This document shows, one piece after another, positions 31,106 to 40,791 of a stretch of DNA of 64,000 nucleotides. The notes beneath the pieces were generated by a model that was not told the DNA's origin, searched no databases, and worked only from the letters and a program-made list of their open reading frames with translations. Position 1 is the first letter of the stretch. Each line of letters opens with the position of its first letter. Position numbers and translations under genes: made by a program. This DNA is from an uncultured Thermoleophilia bacterium (GTDB lineage Bacteria > Actinomycetota > Thermoleophilia > UBA2241). The stretch covers positions 7,375 through 71,374 of the forward strand of contig CAVUBA010000031.1 in assembly GCA_963739595.1 (NCBI GenBank). Direction: 5' to 3'.

Positions 31106-32605
31106 GTGAGCGACCTCGATCTGGAGCGGTACCGCCGGCGCGCCGAGGAGTTCGTCGGCGCGCTCGACCTCGAGTACTACGAGCACTTCTCCGGGCGCAA
31201 GCCCCGGTGCGACACCGCCGCCGTGTACGACCGCTACCCGGAGCTCTTCACCAAGGAGGCCATCGACGGCCTCGAGGAGCTGTACGCCGTCGCGGTCGAC
31301 GACGAGAAGCTGCGCCTCGCCTACCTGCTCGCCTTCACCGTCGACGGCTTCATGGGCGAGCAGACCAAGCACCTCGGCGACGAGATCGCCAACACCGAGG
31401 GCGAGACCATGATCACCGTCGACGGCGAGACCTTCGGGCTGCGCCAGGCGGGCGTGGTCCAGGCCAACGAGCCCGACCGGGCGCGCCGGGCGCGCATCCA
31501 GGCGGCGCGCCTCGCCGCCACCGCCGAGCACCTCAACCCGCTGCTCGACACGCTCTGGCGGCGCTGCCACGACCTCGCGCTGGAGCTCGGCTACCCCGAC
31601 TACAAGGAGCTCTACGGCACGGTGCGCGGCCTCGACTACGACCACCTCCGCGCCGAGCTCGAGGGGTTCCTCGCCGACACCGACGGCCTCTACGAGCGGG
31701 TCATGGACCGCCTCGTCCGCGAGCGCCTCGGCGTCACGCTCGCGGAGCTCGACTTCGCCGACCTCCCCGCGTTGTGGCGCGCCGAAGGCTTCGACGGCGT
31801 CTTCAGGGGCGACGCCCTCATCCCGTCCCTGCGTCGCACGCTGGCCGGCATGGGCATCGACCTCGACGCCCAGCCCAACGTGCACCTCGACACCGAGGTC
31901 CGCGAGCTCAAGTCGCCGCGCGCCTTCTGCTCCCCCGTGCGCGTCCCGGACGAGATCTACCTCGTGGTCCTGCCTTCCGGCGGCCAGGACGACTACGGCA
32001 TGCTCCTGCACGAGGCCGGGCACACGGAGCACTTCGCCCACGTGCGCCCGGACCTGGCGTTCGAGTACCGGCACCTCGGCGACAACGCGGTCACCGAGGG
32101 CTTCGCCTTCACGTTCGACCACCTGCTGCTCAACCGCCGCTGGCTCGAGGAGATCCTGGACTTCGAGGACAGCGACGACTACGTGCGCTTCGCCGCCGTC
32201 AACGACCTGTACTTCATGCGGCGCTACGCGGCCAAGCTGGCCTACGAGACCACGCTGCACGCGCAGACGGGCTCGCTCGAGGCCATGCCCGCCGAGTACA
32301 GCCGCCGGCTCAGTTCGGCCACCAAGGTCAAGGTGCCGGAGGAGAACTACCTCGCCGACGTCGACGACGGCTTCTACTGCGCCAGCTACCTGCGCGCCTG
32401 GATGCTCGAGGGCGCGCTGCGTCTCATGCTGCAGGAGAACTTCGGCATGGACTGGTACGCGTCGCGCGACGCCGGGGACTGGCTGCGCGGGCTCTGGGGC
32501 GAGGGCCAGCACCTCACCGCCGAGCGGCTGTTGCTGCGGCACGGCGGCGGCCGGCTCAACACCGACCCGCTGCGGCACCTGTTCGAGCAGGTGCTGGGGC
32601 GCTGA
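31106..32605 (+). CDS. M3-like zinc metallopeptidase (oligoendopeptidase F-like)
   Basis: HEXXH (LLHEAGHTEHF) in a protein of about 500 aa with an M3-type layout. Confidence 0.6.
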   Translation: MSDLDLERYRRRAEEFVGALDLEYYEHFSGRKPRCDTAAVYDRYPELFTKEAIDGLEELYAVAVDDEKLRLAYLLAFTVDGFMGEQTKHLGDEIANTEGETMITVDGETFGLRQAGVVQANEPDRARRARIQAARLAATAEHLNPLLDTLWRRCHDLALELGYPDYKELYGTVRGLDYDHLRAELEGFLADTDGLYERVMDRLVRERLGVTLAELDFADLPALWRAEGFDGVFRGDALIPSLRRTLAGMGIDLDAQPNVHLDTEVRELKSPRAFCSPVRVPDEIYLVVLPSGGQDDYGMLLHEAGHTEHFAHVRPDLAFEYRHLGDNAVTEGFAFTFDHLLLNRRWLEEILDFEDSDDYVRFAAVNDLYFMRRYAAKLAYETTLHAQTGSLEAMPAEYSRRLSSATKVKVPEENYLADVDDGFYCASYLRAWMLEGALRLMLQENFGMDWYASRDAGDWLRGLWGEGQHLTAERLLLRHGGGRLNTDPLRHLFEQVLGR

Positions 32606-32611
32606 CGGCCG

Positions 32612-33001
32612 CTAGGCGGGAAGGAACGTCACCAGCACCCGCCGGCGCCGCGGCCCGTCGAACTCCGCGAAGTAGATGCCCTGCCAGGTGCCGAGCTGCA
32701 GGGCTCCGGACACGACGGGCACGGTGACGCTGCTGCCCATGAGGCTCGCCTTGGTGTGCGCGTCGGAGTTGCCCTCCGCGTGCGTGAACGGCAGGTCGCG
32801 GGGCACGAGGCGCTCGAGCGCCATCTCGAGGTCGGCGCGCACGGACGGGTCGGCGTCTTCGTTGATGGTCACGCCGGCCGTCGTGTGCGGCACGTAGACC
32901 ACCACGGCGCCGTCGCCGGCGTCACGGACGAGGCCGGCGACGTCGCGGCTGATGTCGACGAAGCTCACCCGCTGCCGGGTCTGCACCTCGAGCGTCCACA
33001 T
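32612..33001 (-). CDS. YjbQ/UPF0047 family protein (secondary thiamine-phosphate synthase-like)
   Basis: VPHTTAGVTINE...DAHTKASLMGSS...LGTWQGIYF is the family signature. Confidence 0.85.
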   Translation of the reverse strand: MWTLEVQTRQRVSFVDISRDVAGLVRDAGDGAVVVYVPHTTAGVTINEDADPSVRADLEMALERLVPRDLPFTHAEGNSDAHTKASLMGSSVTVPVVSGALQLGTWQGIYFAEFDGPRRRRVLVTFLPA

Positions 33002-33010
33002 GGGGTCCTC

Positions 33011-33664
33011 CTAGAAGAGTCCGAAGCGCTTGCGCGGGGCCGGGGCGCGGCGGCGAACGGGCACTGCGCGCCCGCTTCGGAGCGCCTGCACCACGTCCGC
33101 GGTCGAGGCGATCGAGTCGGGCAGCTCCGTGTAGCACACCATGAGATCGGCGGGGTCGTGGGCGTCGCTGCCGCCGGTGCGCGTCACGCCCAGGCCCATG
33201 GCGATCTGCTCGGCGATCTGCACGTAGCGGTCGCCGAGCCAGGAGCCGTTGTAGACCTCCACGGCGTCGACGACGCCGGCGACCATGTTCTCGATGCCCG
33301 GGTAGTAGGCAGAGCCGCTGCGTCCGCCGCCGGCGCCCGGGTGCACCCACACCACGGCGGCGTCCTCGGGGACGCTGTCCGCCCGCGGGGCGTCCTGGAC
33401 GGCGCGAAGCGTCTCCAGGTAGTCGAGGTCGGGCGAGAAGATGACGAAGTCACCGAACAGCGTGCTGATCTCGATGCCGTCGATGAGCAGCACGCCTTCG
33501 GCCGCCAGCGCCGGTCCCAGGCGCAGGTTGTCCGAGATATCGCCGTGGTTGGTGAGGGCCACCGCCTCGACGGCGTTGTCGACGCACCATGCGATGTAGT
33601 CACGATACGAGATGCGGGAGCAGTCCGAGGCCGGATAGGTGTGCGTGTGCAGGTCGACGTTCAT
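33011..33664 (-). CDS. PHP-domain metal-dependent phosphoesterase
   Basis: VDLHTHT N-terminal motif, LTNHGD and GGSDAH motifs. Confidence 0.75.
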   Translation of the reverse strand: MNVDLHTHTYPASDCSRISYRDYIAWCVDNAVEAVALTNHGDISDNLRLGPALAAEGVLLIDGIEISTLFGDFVIFSPDLDYLETLRAVQDAPRADSVPEDAAVVWVHPGAGGGRSGSAYYPGIENMVAGVVDAVEVYNGSWLGDRYVQIAEQIAMGLGVTRTGGSDAHDPADLMVCYTELPDSIASTADVVQALRSGRAVPVRRRAPAPRKRFGLF

Positions 33665-33692
33665 CGGCCCCGATTATAGACTTCGTGGAAGT

Positions 33693-34553
33693 ATGCAGGG
33701 CACACTTGATACGTTCGGCGTGGTCGAGATCCTGCAGATCCTCGGCAGGATGCGGCGCTCCGGCACCCTTCACATCGAGTGTCCGCAGCGGCTCATCGAC
33801 GTCCACTTCGCCCAGGGGCGCATCGCCGAGACCCGCGATTCCACGCGCGTCGCCGCAGACACCGTCATCGGCAGCCAGTTGCTCAAGCGGTCGCTCGTCA
33901 ACGAGCAGCAGCTGTCGGCTGCCCTCGCCGAGCAGGAGGTGCGGCCTCGGCCCGTCGGGACCATCCTCGTGGAGCACGGCGCCGTCGCCGAAGGCGCCCT
34001 GCGCGAGGTGCTGTCCCGCCAGATCGCCAACACGCTCGTCGCCGCCAAGCTGGAGGCCACGGGGTCCTTCGTGTTCGTCGTCGACGCGGAGCCGCAGCCG
34101 AGGGACTTCATCACCGTCGACACGCAGTCCGTGCTCCTCGACATCAGCGCCCTCGGCGGCGAGTACTGCCTCGCCGTGGAGATGCTCGGCCAGCCGTCCA
34201 CCGTCCTGGTGCACAACGGCGACTACAACACGCTGCCGCGCAGCCCCCTGCTCATGGGGCGCGACGAGTTCGCCGTGCTGCTGCAGGTGGACGGCGCGAA
34301 GACGGTCAAGGAGATCACGCAGTCGAGCCACCTGGAGGAGATCACCGTGGTGAGCATCCTCGGCAAGCTCGCCGACGCCGGGGTGCTGCTCGTCAAGGCG
34401 GAGCGGCAGTCGCGCGCCGAAGACTCCCAGGAGCTGCAGGCGCACCGAGACAGCGTGTGGGCGGAGGTCAGCCAGTTGCTCGACGACATGGTGGACGGGC
34501 CGGACGCAGGCGCCGCCGGTCCGGCCGCGGAGGCGGACCCGCTGGACCTGTGA
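33693..34553 (+). CDS. DUF4388 (PatA-N-like) domain protein
   Basis: MQGTLDTFGVVEILQILGRMRRSGTLHI is typical of the DUF4388 N-terminus. Confidence 0.65.
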   Translation: MQGTLDTFGVVEILQILGRMRRSGTLHIECPQRLIDVHFAQGRIAETRDSTRVAADTVIGSQLLKRSLVNEQQLSAALAEQEVRPRPVGTILVEHGAVAEGALREVLSRQIANTLVAAKLEATGSFVFVVDAEPQPRDFITVDTQSVLLDISALGGEYCLAVEMLGQPSTVLVHNGDYNTLPRSPLLMGRDEFAVLLQVDGAKTVKEITQSSHLEEITVVSILGKLADAGVLLVKAERQSRAEDSQELQAHRDSVWAEVSQLLDDMVDGPDAGAAGPAAEADPLDL

Positions 34554-34578
34554 CGGCCGGTCCCCCGCTGTAGACGTG

Positions 34579-34616
34579 CCAGGGGGCGGGCGGCCTTGCG
34601 GCCGCCCGCCCCCTGG
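34579..34616. terminator. Bidirectional stem-loop between convergent genes
   Basis: Perfect 17-bp inverted repeat CCAGGGGGCGGGCGGCC / GGCCGCCCGCCCCCTGG with a 4-nt loop. Confidence 0.65.
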
Positions 34617-34667
34617 GTGTTCATCGGCCGGCGCCGCTCCCGGCGGCCGGCCCGTCCGCGATCCGCC

Positions 34668-36047
34668 TCAGGCGGTGACGTCGCGGACGAGGTCCTCGAA
34701 CGCGTCGACGAAGAGGTCGACGTCGGCGTCGGTGTGGGTGATGGAGAGCGTCCACTCCTCTTCGCGGCCGGGGGCGATGATGAGGCCGCGGTTGATGTTG
34801 TACAGCCACGCCAGGGCGACGAGGTCGGCGTCCTGCTCCTTGATGAACGACTCGTAGTCGGTGATCTTGCCGAGGGCGAAGTTGACGCAGCCCTTGGAGG
34901 AGATGCCGACGGTGTAGCCGGGGAAGTCGTACTTGGCGCAGACGGCGTCGCACTTGGCGATGATCCGGTCGTTGAGGTCGTTGAGGTGCGCGTAGGCGTC
35001 GTCGGTCATGACCTGCTCCCAGCTCGCGCGCGCCGCGGCCATGCTGAGCGGGTTGCCCGAGTAGGTGCCGACCTGGAAGACGGTGCCGTCGTTGACCTTC
35101 TCCATGATGTCCGCGCGGCCGCCGATGGCGCCGCAGGGGGTGCCGCCGGCGAGGGCCTTGCCGAGGCAGATCATGTCGGGGACGATGCCCCAGCGCTCGA
35201 CGGCGCCGCCGCGCGCGGTGCAGATGCCCGTCTTGACCTCGTCGAAGATCAGCACGATGCCGTGCTTCGTGGTGATGTCGCGCACGGCCTGCAGGAACTC
35301 CAGGTCGGGCAGCACGACGCCGAGGTTCATCATGGCGGGTTCCATGATGAGCGCGGCCGGCGGATTGCCCTCGGCGACCATGCGCTCGATGCGCCTGGTC
35401 ATGTTCTCGATGTCGTTGAACGGCACCGGGATGGTGAGGTCCATGGAGCTCTGCGGGATGCCGGCGCCGTAGGAGATCGACTTGTAGTCGTCACGCGGGC
35501 CGATCGCGCCGAAGTCCTTGACGCCGATCGACACCATCACGTAGTCGTGATGGCCGTGATAGGAGCCGAACATCTTGACGATGGGCTCACGGCCGGTGAA
35601 GCCGCGGGCGACGCGGAGGGCGTCCATGGTGGCCTCGGAGCCCGAGTTCACGAAGCGCCACTGCGGGAGCTTGAAGGCGCCGGCGAGGTGCTCGGCCATG
35701 ATGATGGCGTCCTCGGTCGGCAGGCCGAACTGCGTGCCCAGCGGTGCGCGCTTCTGGATGGCCTCGACGATGAGCGGATGGGCGTGGCCCTGGACCATGC
35801 AGCCGTAGCCGTTGTGGAAGTCGACGATCTCCCTGCCCTCGACGCTCCAGATGTGCGGACCCTTGCCGTGCGTGAAGTAGATCGGATACGGGTCACGGGC
35901 GTGATACGTGGAGGCGACGCCCATCGGCATGTGCTTGACGGCGCGCTCGTAGAGCTCGAACGACTTCGGTGTGTCGTTCTCGAGCTTCTTCTCTTCCTTC
36001 TCCATGAGTTCCGCGATGAGCTTGCGGTTCGGTACGCACTCTGCCAT
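34668..36047 (-). CDS. Class III PLP-dependent aminotransferase (glutamate-1-semialdehyde aminomutase-like)
   Basis: NSGSEA, DEVKTG and CLGKALAGG (PLP lysine) motifs. ATG 36047 sits behind AAGGAGC. Confidence 0.8.
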   Translation of the reverse strand: MAECVPNRKLIAELMEKEEKKLENDTPKSFELYERAVKHMPMGVASTYHARDPYPIYFTHGKGPHIWSVEGREIVDFHNGYGCMVQGHAHPLIVEAIQKRAPLGTQFGLPTEDAIIMAEHLAGAFKLPQWRFVNSGSEATMDALRVARGFTGREPIVKMFGSYHGHHDYVMVSIGVKDFGAIGPRDDYKSISYGAGIPQSSMDLTIPVPFNDIENMTRRIERMVAEGNPPAALIMEPAMMNLGVVLPDLEFLQAVRDITTKHGIVLIFDEVKTGICTARGGAVERWGIVPDMICLGKALAGGTPCGAIGGRADIMEKVNDGTVFQVGTYSGNPLSMAAARASWEQVMTDDAYAHLNDLNDRIIAKCDAVCAKYDFPGYTVGISSKGCVNFALGKITDYESFIKEQDADLVALAWLYNINRGLIIAPGREEEWTLSITHTDADVDLFVDAFEDLVRDVTA

Positions 36048-36465
36048 CTGGGTTGCTCCTTCACAGTTGAGCCGCCCTGGCCTGCGGCCGGGGCGGCGAT
36101 ACCGATTGCTGACGGCGCCGCCGCGAGGATCGGCGGGGAGGCGCGGGATGTGGCTCGGTCAGAGCGTGGGCGCGGTCACCTTGGTCTGCGTATCACCCCG
36201 CAATGCTCGTCCCCCCTGAGAGATACGGGAGCCGGTGCTCCCGGGGGCCCATGCCGGGCCGAATGGAGTGCCGGGGCGAGCGGACGCTCGCGCGGAACAG
36301 TATACGGGCTTCCTTGCGGGAAGTGTAGGGTTCGGCAATGAATTGGCCGTTTCGGAAGCCGAATCGGCAACATCGCAGTTCGCGGACGTCCGGGACGGCG
36401 TCCGTCCGGGCGGCCGAGGCGGGCCGCGGCCGGCGCTGCGCCTGGTCCGGCACCCACCAGAAGAT

Positions 36466-36501
36466 GCGAAGGGCGGCCCCCTCGCGGGGGCCGCCCTTCG
36501 C
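36466..36501 (-). terminator. Stem-loop downstream of the multihaem cytochrome gene
   Basis: Perfect 16-bp inverted repeat GCGAAGGGCGGCCCCC / GGGGGCCGCCCTTCGC with a 4-nt loop. A second, smaller hairpin lies at about 36511-36530. Confidence 0.65.
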
Positions 36502-36546
36502 GGCATCAATGCCGAGCCGTAAGGCTCGTCTCAGATGGTCTTGGTC

Positions 36547-38957
36547 TTACTTCACCTTCACTGTCAGCGTCGGGCTGATGCCCTGCAGCATGTTGTGAGC
36601 GAGGTATGCAGGCATCACGACGCGCAGCTTGTAGGTGCCCTTCTTCGTCATCTTGACCTTGTAGTTCGACAGCGAGCCGTCGGCGCGGAGCACCACCCTC
36701 TTCCAGCTGTTCCAGACGTTCTTCTGGTTGCGCTGGATCGTGATGGTGGCGTGCCCGAACGCGATGGCGTCTGCCGGGGCGACGGTGCTGGTGAACGACA
36801 CCGTGGCGCCCTTCTTGACCGACTTCTTGCTGACCTTGAACGTAACGGACCAAGGTGCGGGAGCCGGCTGTGCTTCCACGGACCGGGCCTCGAACAGCGC
36901 CGTGTTCACGATCTGGCGCGAGTAGTCCCAGTTGTGGAGGCCGAAGCTGCCTTCGCTCTCGACGTAGCCGACGTTGGTGAACGCCTTGAGGAAGGATGTT
37001 TCAGCGGTGGTGCGGTCGGCCGCAGCCTTGGCCACGAGGGCCTGCTGGGCGGCGGACTCGTTCGCATAGCCGAGACGCTGGGCAGCCATGTTGAGCTCGT
37101 TGTGGATCTCGGCGATCTTGCGCCTCGGTCCACGACTGACGCTGATCGATGGTGTCCTGCAGCCACAGGGCCTTGTCGCCACCGACCATGTTGCCGACGG
37201 CGGTGCCGTTGGCGTTCTGGACGACCGTGGCGGTGACCGCAAGCGGGCTCGCGGTCGGGTTCGCGGTCGCGAACGTCGTGGACACCGGCACCGGATTCGC
37301 CTTGATGCTGTTGTTGTTGTTGTGGCAGGTGCTGCAGGCCGAGAACGGCATGCCGTCCTGCGTGATGGTGACGGTAGTGGTCGCGACCGCAGTGGCCGAA
37401 CCAGCCGGCGTCGGCGTCGCGGTCGGCGCCGTCGTCGTCGTCGCCATCGGGATCGGCAGTGCATCGACTGCGTCCTGAGGCGTGATGATGGTGAAGGTGT
37501 GGTTACCACCCAGCTGCACGCTGCCGCGGCTGACGCTCGTCGGCGGCATGTGGCACTGGATGCACTTGCCCTTGTGGACGCTCGGGAACGCAGCCACGTC
37601 GATGGCGCCGTAGCCGTCCATCATCTCCTTCATCGGGTGATGGACTTCGGCGCCCGGTGAAGCGGTGGTACCGGCCGGGATCTCGCCGTTGTGGCACTCG
37701 ACGCACAGGTTGCTGCCGTTGGCGACGCTGCCGTTGGCCGGGTCGACGTTGACCTGGTCATCGAACTCGCCGTTCCACGCGCCCTTGGCACTGCCGCTCT
37801 CGTGCGGGGTGTGGCAGCCAACGCAGGTGACGCCGTACTTGACGTCGGCGCTGGTGAAGGGCGTGCCGTCCGGGTTCTCCGGCGTATCGAACTTGCCGGC
37901 CTCCTTCATGATGCGGAAGTCGGCCGAGTGGCACTCGAGGCAGCTCTGCTTGTCGCTCTCGGACGATGAACTGCCAGAAGGCCTGGCTCGTCAGCACGGT
38001 CAGAGCGTTGGCGTGACCCTCGTTGGCCCACTCAGGATACTGAGAGGCGCTGCCGTCGTGGCCAGTCTGCTGCCAGAGGGAGTTGATGACCGACTGTGCG
38101 CCGACAGCGTTCGCGACGGTCGTGTCGGGGAGCTGCCAGTAGGTCTGCAGCTTGCCGAGACCACCGACGGTCGCCGTCGGAGTAGGTGTCCAGCCGGACG
38201 TCGGGATGTTGAGGGTCGTGCTGAGCGATGCGGCCGGATTCCAGCCGGTAGCCGGCGGTGACGCAGGCGCCCCGAGCATCGGGTAGCCGATCGCCATCTG
38301 CGGCTGGATCTGGGTCGTCGCACTCGGGTTCGGCGTGACGGGCGTACCCGGCAGCGGCGTGGTCACCGTGAGATACGGGACCGGCGCCACATCGATCGTG
38401 TCGACCGTGTAGGAGTACCGCGAATGGCAGGCGCCGCAGATGTCCGCATTGGCCATCTCGCCGTACGGGGCGTCTGTGCGCGGTGTCGTTCGGGTCCGCG
38501 CCGTAGATCGCGAGACCGCCTGTCGCATTCGCGCCGTAGTGGCACGAGGAGCAGCCGATGTAGGGCTCGGAGAAGGGCGCGTTACCGGTGGTCTGCTCGA
38601 TCGCCGCAGCTGTCGACGGAGAAGCAGCCCAGCTGACGGCGCCCTTGGTCGACGTCGCCGTCGGCACCGGAGTCACCTTGCGAGGGTCGTAGTTCGAGGT
38701 GTGGCAGCCGGCGCAGACCGAGCCGTAGGGGAGAGACTGGGCAGCCGAAGGACCTTCGGAGTCCTCGCGCATGCTTCGTCTCCGGCCCAGTCGTGGTACG
38801 ACGGCGGGGATGCCGACCTGGTGCCGTTGTGGCATGTCTGGCAAGCCGGAGTCGTCGTGTAGTCGCCGCGATAGCCGTTGAAGGCCATGGCGGGGACCGC
38901 CACCATCAAGAGGAAGGCGGCCACAACGAGCGCAACGATCGTCACGCGTTTGAACAT
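36547..38957 (-). pseudogene. Secreted multihaem c-type cytochrome (nine CXXCH motifs) with C-terminal Ig-like domain; at least five frame disruptions (about 38783, 38767, 38475, 37962, 37120)
   Basis: Signal peptide MFKRVTIVALVVAAFLLMVAVPAMA behind GGAGG. Haem motifs are CQTCH, CAGCH, CSSCH, CGACH, CLECH, CVGCH, CVECH, CIQCH and CSTCH. The pieces lie in ORFs 38673-39347, 38032-38844, 37758-38528, 37001-37909 and 36547-37509, and join into continuous sense sequence (e.g. DWA-ETKHA-EDSEG). Confidence 0.8.
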
Positions 38958-39128
38958 GGTCACCTCCTTGGATGTATGGACGGGATAGTCAGGTCTGTCC
39001 GCTCTCACTGGATCACCTCCCCTCACGAAGCGGATCATGGGTCGAAAACGCCTCGCGAAGCCCGGGCGACGGGAGGCGATGTTCGTGCGTAGCGGCGGGG
39101 TGGGGAGGGAAGGAGACGCGCGCGAACG

Positions 39129-39148
39129 CATGTGACGAATTGCACATG
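39129..39148. promoter_or_regulatory. CRP/FNR-type palindrome upstream of the cytochrome gene
   Basis: CATGTGACGAATTGCACATG has perfect 6-bp arms. The core TGTGA-N6-GCACA has one mismatch to TGTGA-N6-TCACA. It lies about 170-190 nt upstream of ATG 38957. Confidence 0.4.
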
Positions 39149-39262
39149 TCGGTCCGTGTGATGTCGGTGCTCCAGTTCCCCATGATAGCCCGCAGACCGG
39201 CGCACCCTGGGGGGTATGCCGGTCTACCCGTGGAGGTATACAGGATTTGGTGGGTGTTAGCA

Positions 39263-39278
39263 AACATTGAGCAATGTT
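39263..39278. promoter_or_regulatory. Second palindrome in the cytochrome upstream region
   Basis: AACATTG-AG-CAATGTT has perfect 7-bp arms and sits in a locally AT-richer intergenic region. Confidence 0.3.
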
Positions 39279-39429
39279 GCGCAAGCCGCGCCAAAAGCGC
39301 ACAGCGGCGCGGCGGCCCACCACGGATTCTCGAGATTCCCCCCTCACGGTCTGATAGGCCTACCCACTGGAGCGCGAGACTTGACCGTTGTGCGCGTGCC
39401 CTGGAGAGGCGTCGAGCGCGTGAGGCCGG

Positions 39430-40611
39430 TCAGCCGGCCGGGGGTGCGTCGTCCGGGGCGCCGGCGCCGGGCCCCGCAGGGGCCTGCCCGCCGGCGCTCA
39501 CAGCGCCGGTGACGGCCGCGCACCAGCCCTCGAACTGCAGGCGCGGCCGGAAGAACAGCCACGTCTCCTTGATCAGCGGGATCAGCGGGATGGCGATGAG
39601 CATGCCGGTGATGCCGTGGATCTCTCCGCCGGCGAGGATCGCGAAGATCACCACGAGCGGGTGGACGCGGAACCGGCTGCCCATGATCACGGGTACGAGG
39701 ATGTGGCCCTCGACCTCCTGGATGACGACGAAGGTGATGATCACCCAGAGCGCCGACAGGGGGGAGTCGAACACGGCGACCACGCTCGGCGGCACGGCGG
39801 CCAGCACCGGGCCGAGGTACGGGATCGCCTCCATGAGTCCGGCCCAGACGCCGAAGAACAGCGCGTAGCGGCCACCCGACGGGAACGCGCCCACCAGGCT
39901 GAGGATCCACATCGCCACGCCGACGCTGGCGCCCATGACCGTCGACAGGAGCACCTGCGCCTTGACGTAGTCGACCACAGCCGTGCGCGCGTGCCTCACG
40001 TACTCGCGCCCGTCGTCCTCGCTGCCGGTGGGGAAGTGGCGGGCGACGAACGCCCCGATGCGCCGCCCGTCCAGGAGCATGTAGATCGACAGCACGATGA
40101 TGATGATGAAGTAGGTGATCTGGCGCACGACCGTCACGCCCACGTCGACCACGTTGCCGGTGAACTGGGGGATCCGGTCGGCGACGGCCGTCATCGTCTT
40201 GCGGATCTGGGAGGCGACGTCCAGGCCGAGGCCGGCGCGGTCGCTCAGCCGCTGCAGGCGCGCGATCGTCTCGCCGGCCTGGTCGCCCATGCCCGGCAGC
40301 GCGGAGGTCAGGCTGCGCAACTGGTGCACGACCGGTGGCCAGACGAGCGCCGCGACGAGCACCAGGAGTGCGACGAACCCGAGGTAGACGAGAAACACCC
40401 CGGCGTAGCGCGGCAGGTGCACGCGCTCGAGACCCTGGACCAGCGGGTTGAGGATCAGCGCGACCAGCGCCGCGACCAGGAAGATGAAGATCACCTGGCC
40501 GATCGCGCCGAGCACGAACCAGCCGATGATGAGCAGCGCGGGGAGGACGGCGAGCTGCACCCAGCGCGGGATGTAGATGCGTCCTGAAACGTGCTCCGGG
40601 CGGCTTGCCAC
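39430..40611 (-). CDS. AI-2E family (PerM/UPF0118) transporter
   Basis: Polytopic protein with family-typical segments (YFIIIIVLSIYMLLDG, AIPYLGP, FAILAGGEIHGITGMLIAIP). GTG 40611 behind GGAGG is preferred to the ORF-track start at 40734, which would overlap the dnaK promoter. Confidence 0.75.
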   Translation of the reverse strand: MASRPEHVSGRIYIPRWVQLAVLPALLIIGWFVLGAIGQVIFIFLVAALVALILNPLVQGLERVHLPRYAGVFLVYLGFVALLVLVAALVWPPVVHQLRSLTSALPGMGDQAGETIARLQRLSDRAGLGLDVASQIRKTMTAVADRIPQFTGNVVDVGVTVVRQITYFIIIIVLSIYMLLDGRRIGAFVARHFPTGSEDDGREYVRHARTAVVDYVKAQVLLSTVMGASVGVAMWILSLVGAFPSGGRYALFFGVWAGLMEAIPYLGPVLAAVPPSVVAVFDSPLSALWVIITFVVIQEVEGHILVPVIMGSRFRVHPLVVIFAILAGGEIHGITGMLIAIPLIPLIKETWLFFRPRLQFEGWCAAVTGAVSAGGQAPAGPGAGAPDDAPPAG

Positions 40612-40727
40612 CAGGACTCTCACCTCCGCCGTCTGGTTCGGCGCCGCGGTGGCGAAGCCTGCCCGCGGCGCCGCCGGCCGGTCTCGCAGGGCGGCCAGGT
40701 TTGCCCGCGGCGGGGCGGGGTACAAAG

Positions 40728-40756
40728 TTGACAACGAGTGACTCAGATTTTATGCT
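40728..40756 (+). promoter_or_regulatory. Putative dnaK operon promoter with embedded imperfect inverted repeat
   Basis: TTGACA-17 nt-TATGCT lies 36 nt upstream of the dnaK ATG. The spacer contains GAGTGACTC. The wider GTTGACA-N7-ACTCAGA resembles the HspR operator (CTTGAGT-N7-ACTCAAG) at 9 of 14 positions. Confidence 0.5.
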
Positions 40757-40791
40757 CCATCCAGAGTAATCCCCCCAAGGAGGAACGTTCC

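Noticed and set aside
40727-40747. A canonical HspR HAIR operator upstream of dnaK
   Set aside because: Only 9 of 14 positions match CTTGAGT-N7-ACTCAAG, and the two halves are poorly complementary. It is kept only as a low-confidence note within the promoter feature.
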